Part shown: piece after piece, positions 52,798-64,000 of the stretch
Position numbering within the stretch: the stretch's first letter is position 1
How the letters are laid out: each line of letters starts with the position of its first letter
Assembly: GCF_006345805.1 (NCBI RefSeq)
Contig: NC_043010.1
Location: 10,044,001 to 10,108,000 of the forward strand
DNA length: 64,000 nucleotides
Direction: 5' to 3'
Origin: Octopus sinensis
Lineage: Eukaryota
Notes under the pieces: generated by a model
What the model was told of the DNA's origin: nothing
The model's input: only the letters and a program-made list of their open reading frames with translations
The model's database searches: none
Made by a program: the position numbers and the translations under genes

Positions 52798-52815
52798 CTG
52801 TAGTTTGTTATCCAT
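52798..52815 (-). CDS. Candidate first coding exon end, MDNKLQ (phase 0), product unknown
   Basis: ATG GAT AAC AAA CTA CAG with consensus donor CAG|gtaagc; in-frame TAG upstream; about 170 bp of non-repetitive 5'UTR-like sequence up to about 52980. Confidence 0.3.
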
Positions 52816-54500
52816 TTGGATCCACTATGGCTGGAGACTTGTGTCGTGGAAGTCAGAGCTACTCTTCCTGCAGTAGAGCGACAACAGTATTCACTTGGTG
52901 AGTTTGAGTCTTAAGTGAGTAGCAGAGAACCAGCAGTTCTACGGAGAATCTGCTGTGATAGTCTCACTCTGTGTCTGAGTGCGTGTGTGTTTGTGTGCAT
53001 GTGTGCTTCTCTATGTGTGTGTCTGTGTCTGTGTCTGTCTGTCTGAGTGTAAGGGGAGCATGTGTGTGTGTGTTAGTCTACTTCCCTGTGTCTCTTCCAC
53101 AATCAGTGTGCAAAGGTTGGTCTGGCTTTGTGTACATATGCAAGTATTTTTACACTCAATTTGTGTGTATATATATGTATATATATTTGTGTATGTGTGT
53201 ATATATATAGTATTTCTATAGGTATATGACTATAGTTGCAAGTGCCCTACTTTGATCCCATACATGTGTAAGAATGTGCATGCAAATGTATGTGCATGAA
53301 TGATACACGCATATGATGAAGTATCTGTATGTATATATCTATGTATTTTTCTATATATGTATATATATATATGTGTGTGTGTGTGTATGTTTATGCATGT
53401 AATAATGAATGCAACTGTATAATATATAATCTATATATATAATATATATATAATATAAATATGTATGTATATATATAATATAGAAATGTAAATATGTATG
53501 TATATATATATGTATATATATATTATATATAAAATGTATTATGTATGTATGTATATATTTTATGTATATTGAATATAAGAATGCATGTATGTATGCTTGT
53601 ATGTATATAGATGTATATAGATGTATAGATGTATATATATATATATATATATATATTTATGTGTTCATTCATGCATGTCTGCCTATGATGTGTGAATAAT
53701 ATTGGCCCCATTTAGGTATACAAGTGTATTTACTTGGGCATGTGTTTGATTGTCATGGTACATATATGTACACATACATATATACATATATACATATAAA
53801 AATATATATATATACATATATATATATAATATGTATATACACATATATTATATATATGTATATATATATGTATATGTATATTGTATAATATATAATATAT
53901 ATATATTATATATATATATATATAATATATATATATTATACACACACATGCATACATATGTATTATATGTTGTATTCTTTTGCCTTGATGTACATGAATA
54001 TATATTCAAGTACATTCACACAACAAGTATATATGTACATTTATGCACAAATTTTCCAAGGAATCTGTTTAATGTTAAGTTTTGTTATGTGTGAAGATTT
54101 CTAAGTGCATAACTTTGATATTCTGTATGTATATATAATTTGTGTATGTAAACCCATCTACCCTGAAACATGTCAGTAGATCGATTGCTAGATTAATGTA
54201 TGTCTGTATATATATATATACTAATATATATCTTGATGTATGAGTATATGCACGAGTATATATATATATATGTGTATGTATGTGTGCGTATATATATATG
54301 TATATATGTACAAATGCATACACACATATATATATATTTATATACATATATAGACACAAATGCAAATATATTCATATACATACATATATATGCATGTATA
54401 TGCATATATGTGTGAATATGTATTTCTAAATACGTATATAAACATGCATGTGTATGTATATATATATATATATATATATTTTATATGTATATTTGTATGC

Positions 54501-54537
<37 letters not shown>

Positions 54538-55214
54538 CATATATACTTGTATGTACGTGTTCTTTTATAGAGCAAAATTATTAGAAAAAAAATCTGAGCA
54601 AAGAACTCTAAAGATCCATTTTAATGAATTTGGATTAAGCTGTAGAGAAATATAAGTTAATACCATGCACAATAAGTTCTTAATTTATTGAAATTTTGCT
54701 CAGAATTGCAGTTAGAAAACTAACTCCAAATGGGTAATCTGAAAAAGGGGGAGATAATTTCAAGAAATCAACAATTACTTTTTCTCTTTAATTTACTTGC
54801 TCATGATGAAGAGGATGTCATATTTGTTTACAGATAAGGGACAGCTATGAACATAAGTTTTGGTATTATTAACCCTTGTTTGTACAATTTGGATAATCTT
54901 TCATATCAGAGGATAAGTTTTTACAGTTTGAAAAAAATGTTTCATGTATCTTTTGGCAAGAATAACTTGTGTAATTAACTGTAAAATGAACTAAGGGAAA
55001 TTACTCAAATGGGCCAAAGGCATGAATTTTTACATGTGTGTACATGTGAAGGTTTGCAAAGTGGGTTGTATTTCTGAAGTTTTATGTGTATGGGTATATG
55101 AGCAAGTATCCTGCTTTGATCATGAGTGTATAATAATCAGTCTACAAATGTATGTATATGAAAGATTCGTGCATGAAGAAGGTGTGTATATGTGTGTATT
55201 TATGTATGTATGTA

Positions 55215-55253
<39 letters not shown>

Positions 55254-55863
55254 AAATATGCCACTTGTATTTGAACACTATATACAAATATTCTTTTAAA
55301 AAAAACTTTTCTTGTAATTTTTCTAAATTTAATTATTTAATTGTTACAGTTGAAAAAGTCTCAATGACTGAAACCGGTACTGAAATGTTCTTTATAAAAT
55401 TATTTTAGCATTTTCTATCTTGACTTTTCTCCATATATATATATATAATGCATTTGTCTATATATACATTCATACTCACATACACACACACATATATACA
55501 CACACACATACATACATACATACATATTATATAGTTCGCTGTTCGGTTATGCTAAGATCAACAAAAGAATTACTCCATCAAGTAAAATTTGAATATTGTT
55601 TTATGTACACTGTATGAAAATAAATATTAGTACTCTTATTTTAATACTGCGTACATAACACTATATATAAATTTAAGTCACAATATATGGATTTAATTAT
55701 ATATATAGTGGTTTTACTCTTTATCTTATTTTAAACTTTTTAATACTTATTGATAATTATATTTATTAAAAAATTTTTTTTTTTTCTAATAATAATGATA
55801 ATAAAAATAATAATATATATATATATATATAAGTTCAGCAACAATTTAGATTCAAATGAATAT

Positions 55864-55902
<39 letters not shown>

Positions 55903-56188
55903 TTGTAAGTATAAATTAATAATTTAATTAATTTTTTAAATTCTAACTTTGAATTTAAATAGTTTAAATTTTGAATTTTATATTTTATATATTTTGTATG
56001 TTATATTAATTAATTTTATTTCTATGTATTGGTTTATGTTTTTCACTGTTTGATTTGCCTAATAGTGGTTTTATCTCTAATTTAATATATATATATATTT
56101 ATATATATATATATGAGCATATACACACACACGTTTATACGTTTATGTACATACATGCATACATACATACATACATACATACATACAT

Positions 56189-56219
<31 letters not shown>

Positions 56220-56621
56220 TACATACATATATACATACATACATACATACATAAATACATACATACATACATATACATACATACATACATACATAACTAC
56301 ATACATACATGTATATATATGTATATATAGCTGAAAACTAAACACATTTCATGAATGGTGCCTCAGAAAGGTCATGTAGGTCAGCTGGAAGGTCTTAGTC
56401 ACTGGCTGGTCAAATTCTCCATCCATCCAATCAATGGCACTCAAAAACAGTTGTAAATCCGGTTCCAGGAATGAAAAGAACAGGTGAAAGTTCACTTGGT
56501 GGCAGACATTTCCAGATGACCTGAAGAGAGTCAACTTTGCACGGAAGGGATGTGCCAGAGTTCAAGCTGACCGAACGCACAGTGTAGGAAGACCTAAAGC
56601 AAAACATTTACATATACACAT

Positions 56622-57025
56622 AGGCACAGGAGTGGCTGTGTGGTAAGTAGCTTGCTTCCCAACCACATGGTTCCAGGTTCAGTTTCACTGTGTGGCACCT
56701 TGGGCCTCTGTCTTCCACTATAGCCTCGGGCTGACCATAGCCTTGTTAGTGGATTTGGTAGACAGAAATTGAAAGAAGCCCGTCATATATATCTATATAT
56801 ATGTATAGGTTTGTGTGTGTGTGTGTGCGTTTCTCTACCTGCCATCACTTGATGACAAATGTTGGTGCGTTTCTGTCCTTGTAACTTAGCAGTTCAGCTA
56901 AAGTGACTGATAGAATAAGTACTAGGATTACAAAGAATAAGTCCTGGGATTGATTTCTTTGACTAAAGGCAGTGCTCCAGCATGGCCAAGTCAAATGACT
57001 GAAACGAGTAAAAGAATAAAAGAAT
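56622..57025 (+). mobile_element. SINE family C, diverged
   Basis: Family C sequence. Confidence 0.85.
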
Positions 57026-57127
57026 ATATATATAGACAGATGTACACACACACATACACACACATGTGTATGTCTGTGAATGTATGTATGAGCATGTGCG
57101 TGTGTTAGTATATGTATTTGGGTATAC

Positions 57128-57568
57128 TCTTTTACTTGTTTCAGTCATTTGACTGCGGCCATGCTGGAGCACCGCCTTTAGTCGAGCAAATCGACCCCGG
57201 GACTTATTCTTAGTAAGCCCAGTACTTATTCTATCGGCCTCTTTTGCCGAACCGCTAAGTGACGGGGACGTAAACACACCAGCACCGGTTGTCAAGCAAT
57301 GCTAGGGGGGGCAAATACAGACACAAAACATACACATGCATATAATAATATATTATAACGACAGGCTTCTTTCAGTTTCCATCTACCAAATCCACTCACA
57401 AGGCATTGGTCGGCCCAGGGCTATAGCAGAAGACACTTGCCCAAGATGCCACGCAGTGGGACTAAACCCGGAACCAGTACTTATTCTATCGGTCTCTTTT
57501 GCCGAACCGCTAAGTGACGGGGACGTAAACACACCAGCATCGGTTGTCAAGCAATGCTAGGGGGACAA

Positions 57569-57590
<22 letters not shown>
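57128..57590 (-). mobile_element. SINE family C plus a tandem partial copy (57476-57590)
   Basis: ccagtacttattctatcgg..gacaaac segment repeated after cccggaa. Confidence 0.85.
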
Positions 57591-57599
<9 letters not shown>

Positions 57600-57883
57600 T
57601 ATAGATATAGATATAAGAAAAGAGATGATAAAGGAATAAAGGATTATCTTATGAACCTCATTCATTTACAGTGGCACTTAGCTATAAGTACACTGCATCT
57701 TATAACAGAAACTGCTTGAAGCTACTGAAGTACATATGATTATCGCTTTTTCCCTTTGTCGTCTCTTTTCTTATTACTGCTCTATACTCGACTAATGCTT
57801 TATTCAGAAGCACCCACACACAGGTTTTTAGTTCTGCACTAGGTTACTAGTATTCCAATGCGTGAATGAAGTTTGTGTGTGTG

Positions 57884-57933
<50 letters not shown>

Positions 57934-58004
57934 ATATGTATTTGCCACATATATATATATATATGTATTTGCCATACTTGACTGCAAAATCTACAAGTTC
58001 TTTT

Positions 58005-58049
<45 letters not shown>

Positions 58050-58064
58050 CATTTTCTCTTATTC

Positions 58065-58190
58065 CTTTCAATTGAAGAGTGTAGGCTTGAAACATAAAAG
58101 ACTTTCTCATTTTCCTTAGCGTCAAACTAATACACCTGCTTGTTGTTCGTACACCTGTCTTCGTCTTTTGTTTTTCTATAAATTTCAACT
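58065..58190 (+). mobile_element. Decayed relative of the hammerhead-bearing repeat at about 25250-25390
   Basis: cttt caattga a gagt gtag gctt gaaac ata aaagac..ctaatac..cacctg.c.t.gtcttttgttt aligns to the reverse complement of 25260-25387. Confidence 0.6.
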
Positions 58191-58195
58191 ATATA

Positions 58196-58431
58196 CAGGA
58201 TGGCCCAAAAGTAGGTTCACAGTTATCATGTAAGCACTTTTAAATACCTTTTGAAACATTTTATTACATTTAAGTTTCTATCTTACAGACTGAAGGTGGA
58301 GCTTTACACAATTAACTAAATTAGCATAGAATAATGGTTTCATATTTTTTTATGATTAATATCTAAACTGTTAATATATGAATGCGAAAGAGACAGTTGA
58401 ATAACTGTAAACCTACTTTTGGGCCACCCTC
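58196..58431. mobile_element. Tc1/mariner-type MITE
   Basis: TA flanks; 31-bp TIRs caggatggcccaaaagtaggttcacagttat / ataactgtaaacctacttttgggccaccctc (3 mismatches). Confidence 0.85.
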
Positions 58432-58435
58432 TATA

Positions 58436-58466
<31 letters not shown>

Positions 58467-58499
58467 GTATATATATTATATATATATATCTTTTTTTTT

Positions 58500-58713
58500 C
58501 TTTTTTACTTCTTTCAGTCATTTGACTGCGGCCATGCTGGAGCACCGCCTTTTAGTCGAGCAAATCGACCCCAGGTCTTATTCTTTGTAAGCCTAGTACT
58601 TATTCTATTGGTCTCTTTTGCTGAACCACTAAGTAACGGGGACGTGAACACACCAGCATCGGTTGTCAAGCGATGTTGGGGGGACAAACACAAACACACA
58701 AACACACACACAC

Positions 58714-58746
<33 letters not shown>

Positions 58747-58908
58747 CGACAGGCTTCTTTCAGTTTCCATCTACCAAATCCACTCACAAGGCTTTTGTCG
58801 GCCCGAGGCTATAGTAGAAGACACTTTCCCAAGGTGCCACGCAGTGGGACTGAACCCGGAACTGTGTGGTTGGTAAGCAAGCTACTTACCACACAGTCAC
58901 TCCTGTGC
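58500..58908 (-). mobile_element. SINE family C
   Basis: Full family C sequence. Confidence 0.9.
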
Positions 58909-58923
58909 CATATATGTATAAAT

Positions 58924-58954
<31 letters not shown>

Positions 58955-59205
58955 GTAAGTTGTATTTATAATTAAAGTTTAGGTTGGAGAGTTTAAGTAG
59001 TAGTATCCAAACCTTCTTATGGGAATGTCCCTTGTAGTGTGCCTGTACAGCTCATTCACTACTTGCGGCTACCAGGCATCATCCAGGGTAGTGTACTTTC
59101 GTTGCTGGATATATGTAAGGAATTCCTCAGTGCATGTTGCGTGTATTCTAAATGATTAATACAGAGGACAGAGTGCGCTGTATTCCAAGTGTACACTCTG
59201 TGTGA

Positions 59206-59612
59206 GTGGCTGTGTGGTAAGTAGCTTGCTTACCAACCACATGGTTTCGGGTTAAGTCTCACTGCGTGGCACCTTGGGCAAGTGCCTTCTATTATAGCCT
59301 CGGGCCGACCAAAGCCTTGTGAGTGGATTTGGAAGACGGAAACTGAAAGAAGCCCGTCGTATATATGTATATATATATATATGCGTGTGTGTGTTTGTGT
59401 GTCTGTGTGTCTGTGTTTGTTCCCCTAGCATTGCTTGACAGCCGATGCTGGTGTGTTTATGTTCCCGTTACTTAGCGGTTCGGCAAAAGAGACCGATAGA
59501 ATAAGTACTGGGCTTACAAAAGAATAAGTGCTGGGGTCGAGTTGCTCGATTAAAGGCGGTGCTCCAGCATGGCCGCAGTCAAATGACTGAAACAAGTAAA
59601 AGAATAAAAGAA
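59206..59612 (+). mobile_element. SINE family C
   Basis: Full family C sequence. Confidence 0.9.
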
Positions 59613-59667
59613 TATATATATATTAAATTTCTAAATATCTCATAGAGATATGTATGGTGGTGGAGCG

Positions 59668-59833
59668 ATAGAGTGGTTTTATACTGTCAACTTAACGTGA
59701 CAGTCCTGTAAGGGAATTACACCACCGCTGTTTAGCCCTAGGAAGCATCGATGCTTCCTGTCGGCCTTGACACATTTCCTGTGTCCTTATATAAGGACTG
59801 TCACGTTAAGTTGACAGTATACAACCACTCTAT
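59668..59833. mobile_element. MITE-like element with 40-bp TIRs
   Basis: 59668-59707 and 59794-59833 are reverse complements with 1 mismatch. Confidence 0.85.
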
Positions 59834-59863
59834 ATATATATATATTTATATATACATGCATAC

Positions 59864-60100
59864 AGGCATGGCTGTGTGGTAAGAAGTTTGCTTCCCAACC
59901 ACATGGTTCCGGATTCAGTCCCACTGTGTGGCACCTTGGGCAGGTGCCTTCTTTGATAACCCTCAGGCTATCATGGCTTGGCAACTGGTGTTGGTGTGTT
60001 TACATCCCGGTAACTTAGCGATTTGGCAAAAGAGACCAATAGAATAAGTACTAGGCTTAAAAAAATAATTCCTGGGGCCAAATTGTTCTACTAAAACCCT
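59864..60100 (+). mobile_element. SINE family C-like, degenerate and internally deleted
   Basis: Head, CORE-like motif and gcaaaagagaccaatagaataagtact present. Confidence 0.7.
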
Positions 60101-60250
60101 TCAAGAAGTAGAGCCACCAACATGAAAACCCAAAGTCGTCCCTGAATATACATATAGTGTGTGTGTATATACTATATCTATATACATATCATATATATAT
60201 ATATTATGTGTGTATGGTGTATATTATATATATGTATATATATATATATA

Positions 60251-60282
<32 letters not shown>

Positions 60283-61170
60283 ATATATATATATGTATGT
60301 GTATAATATATATTATACATACATACATATACATATATGTTTACACATCTATACTTACACCCAGAAACACATGCTACCATTTATAAGCACATTACATTAT
60401 TGCATTTGAGTTGAGATGGAAAAAAATTTTTGTCAATCTCAGTGTTTTTATTTATATTTCGGGAAACGGTATATATATAAAGGGGGGTGGGGTTTGAGTG
60501 GGGGGGAAAAATACAAACAAAAGTATTGAAGCAGAGGATTATATAATCAAATGTATAGATGCATGTGCAGGTATGTGGCGATGCGAGTGTATAGATGATA
60601 TTGAACTTAGGGCATCTATTGGTTGATACAGTTTAACAGAAGATGGAAATCTGAGATTCTTGCCCTCAATTCCACTAATGATTAATGTATTATAGGTTTT
60701 TCGTCCTGTGTGGTTGTGTGCCAGGCACAATTAAGACACAACGTACACACAGACACAAGCCCACTCACACGTTCACTCACTCACTCACTCACTCAGTCAC
60801 TCACTCACTCACTCACTCAATCAGTCACTCATTCACTCACTCACACTCACTCTCATCACTCACTCACACACACACACCAAACACTAATTTCTCTCTGATT
60901 CACTTTCTCTGTCTTTACATTTTTACCTTTTGCTCTCTACTTTCACTTTCATTCTACAGCTATTTCTGCCGTACAGTCTCTTATAAACACATATGTACAG
61001 AAATACAAGCACACACACACACACACACACACATGCATGCATGTGCATACTCACACACGTGTGTGTAGAGAGAGAGAAAGACGTGGTGAGAGAGAAGGAC
61101 AGAGAAGAGATACTGTAGTGTGCCCTTGGCTGTGATGTCTAAAACTAACTTAAATATTAAAGAACTATAT

Positions 61171-61224
<54 letters not shown>

Positions 61225-61246
61225 CTTGTGTATTCACATGTATATC

Positions 61247-61291
<45 letters not shown>

Positions 61292-61782
61292 TTTATGCAT
61301 ATGTATTTTATTTTCATGTATATACTTGTAAAGTTATTTTCATGTGTACGTAAGCACAGGTAGTTAATTACTGCACAGGTATCTTTATTGATGTATCACT
61401 AATAGTACATGCAGACACACAGACACACACATACACACATACAAACAAATACACAAACAAACATTTGTACATTTGTATATGTATGTGTGTGTGTGTATAT
61501 ATATATATATCTATCTATATATATATAACTAAATGTATATATTAATGTATATACACACACACATATATATTTGCGTGTATACATGTATATTTGTGTGTGT
61601 ATGTATAAATGTGTCTGCATATGCGCATGTGTATTTACACACTTAGGGAAGTGTCTATGTGTAAGTATATCTCTGTGTTTCTATGCATGTGTGTGTTTAT
61701 ATGCGAGCATGTGTCTATTTATGTTTTGATAAAGCCATGTATCCCTCCCATACAATTTCTCAGTCTTTCCCCCTTCATTTCT

Positions 61783-61816
<34 letters not shown>

Positions 61817-61882
61817 CCTTTCTCTCTTTCATTCATTATTTCCATGTCCTACTCTGCCTATTCCTGTCTATCTATCTATCTT

Positions 61883-61993
<111 letters not shown>

Positions 61994-62825
61994 TATCTAT
62001 ATATATTTATATATATAATTATATATATACATATCTGTCCGTCCATCTGTCTGTTTGTCTCTCTCTCTCTGTCTACCAAACATTTTATGTATTCCTCCTT
62101 CTCTACATCTACCTGTCAATCATCTATTCCTCTCTTTCTCTCTCTCTCTCTCTCTGATTCTCTACATATATATCAAATATATATATATATATATACATAT
62201 ATATGCATACACACACACACATATATATATATACACACCTATTTGTCAATTTCTCTCTCCTTGTCTCTCTCTTTTTCTTTCTCTCTTCTTCTTCTTCTTC
62301 TCTCTCTCTCTCTCTCTCTCTCTCCATCCATCCATCCATCCATCCAACCAACCATCCATCTGTAAACATATACATGTACCTATCTTCGTATCACTAATAA
62401 AGTCCCTTTATTTTTTTTTTTTTTCCTCATCCCTTAATGGGAAGCAGATATCAAGCTAAAAATAACTATGAATATAGATTAACACTAAAATCCAATTGCT
62501 ATTTAGGTAAAGAATCACAGAGCAGATACACTTTTTTATTTATTTATTCACTTATTTATGTTGCTTCTTGGTGCTACCAAGTCCTCCAAGCATTGGTCAA
62601 TTGTAGTGCAATATCATAGAAAACGAGGAATCTGGGTTATGTGTTGCCGTGTGCTCCTTCGTTGATTCATGCTTCTTTATTAAACATTGTAAAAGCTCTT
62701 AACTCCTTAAAATTTCTTTGAAATATCAATAAATTGGAGGCTACATTGATTTTCTTTTCTTTTTTTTTTTCTTGTCTTTACAGCTGTTTTGTTTTGGTGC
62801 GTTCTTTAGTAAAGGGGTAGGAAAT

Positions 62826-63360
62826 TATCATCACCGTCATCATCATCATCATCATCATCATCATCGTCGTCGTCGTTGTCGTTGTCGTCATTGTTGTTGT
62901 CGTTGTTGTTTTTAATATCATTGTTCTCATTATTATTTTATTTTTATGTTATTAAAATAGATTGTTTGGGTTTTTTTTGTATTTTTTTTTTAGGTTTCTT
63001 TGGTAGTTTTTTATATATTTTTCTGACTTCTTATTTAAATTCATTTGTTTTTGTTTCTGCTCTTATCATCATCATCATCATCATCATCATCACCATCATC
63101 ATCATTGTCGTCGTCATCGTCATCGTTGTCATCGTCGTCGTCATCATCATCATCAACATCATATATATTGTTATGATTTTGAATTGTATTGTTGGCGATA
63201 TTGTACAGCGTTGTTGCTTCCAGTGCTGCTGCTGCTGCTCATGTTGTTGTTGTTATTGTTGCTGCTGCTGTTGTTGCTGCTACTACTGTTGCTGCTACTA
63301 CTGTTGCTGCTACTGTGCTGGGGTGCTGCTGTGGCTCCTAATAATGATGTTGCTGTTAAC
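62826..63360. repeat. (CAT)n/(GTC)n/(GCT)n trinucleotide tracts
   Basis: Direct reading. Confidence 0.9.
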
Positions 63361-63635
63361 TATGATTTTTCTTTGTTTTGTTTTGGTTGTTATTTTGTTT
63401 TTGTTTTTCCTTTTTTGCTTACTCCTCGTATTTTGTATTTATTTTTCTTCAAATGTTTCCATATTTTGAGCCTGAATTGTGTTTAGTTTAGAGTGTTCAA
63501 AAGAAAAAAGAAAAAAAGAAAACACTAAAGGTAAAAAGGATGCTGATATCTTCTGAGATGTCATACAATTCTTCACCGATTTCTTTTTTTCTTCTCTCTC
63601 TTCGTCTTCTCATAAATATAGTTTTGTTGCAGAGA

Positions 63636-64000
63636 AAGAGAGAAAGTGAAAGTGAAAGAAAGAGAAAGGGAGAGAGTGAAAGTGAAAGAAAGAGAAAGGG
63701 AGAGAGTGAAAGTGAAAGAAAGAGAAAGGGAGAATGTGAAAGTGAAAGAAAGAGAAAGGAGAGTGAATGAAAGTGAAAGAAAGAGAAAGGGAGAGAGTGA
63801 AAGTGAAAGAAAGAGAAAGGGAGAGAGTGAAAGTGAAAGAAAGAGAAAGGGAGAGAGTGAAAGTGAAAGAAAGAGAAAGGGAGAGAGTGAAAGTGAAAGA
63901 AAGAGAAAGGGAGAGAGTGAAAGTGAAAGAAAGAGAAAGGGAGAGAGTGAAAGTGAAAGAAAGAGAAAGGGAGAGAGTGAAAGTGAAAGAAAGAGAAAGG
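63636..64000. repeat. 30-bp purine-rich tandem repeat running off the window end
   Basis: Unit aagagaaagggagagagtgaaagtgaaaga, about 12 copies. Confidence 0.95.

Noticed and set aside
52803-52898. Plus-strand exon (cctgtag|..CACTTG|gtgagt) with two open frames
   Set aside because: There is no polypyrimidine tract before the acceptor; the minus-strand reading is preferred, though this one is not excluded.

Overview
Strongly AT-rich eukaryotic DNA dominated by repeats. The SINE complement looks like coleoid cephalopod (Octopus) intronic or intergenic DNA; this is an inference from remembered SINE families, not a database hit. I cannot support any intact protein-coding gene, and nearly all listed ORFs are microsatellite read-through or SINE sequence. 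The window holds about 40 tRNA-type or RTE-tailed SINE copies (five families, A-E, labelled here), 5'-truncated or decayed LINE fragments (CR1, RTE), a Penelope-like (PLE) reverse transcriptase fragment, Tc1/mariner relics, hAT, piggyBac and Tc1-type MITEs, a non-autonomous Helitron, and large simple-repeat tracts (especially 44-54 kb). Two short phase-0 ATG-to-donor exon candidates on the minus strand near 52-53 kb may be the 5' end of a host gene. The most interesting signal is a set of minimal type I hammerhead-ribozyme motifs from several unrelated sequence families, often inside inverted-repeat insertions. One 716-bp palindromic insertion (41263-41978, 10-bp target duplication) has arms built as tRNA-like Pol III head + (AAT)n + hammerhead + tail, which suggests a SINE-like, ribozyme-carrying passenger of Penelope-like elements. 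Coordinates of degenerate repeats are approximate.
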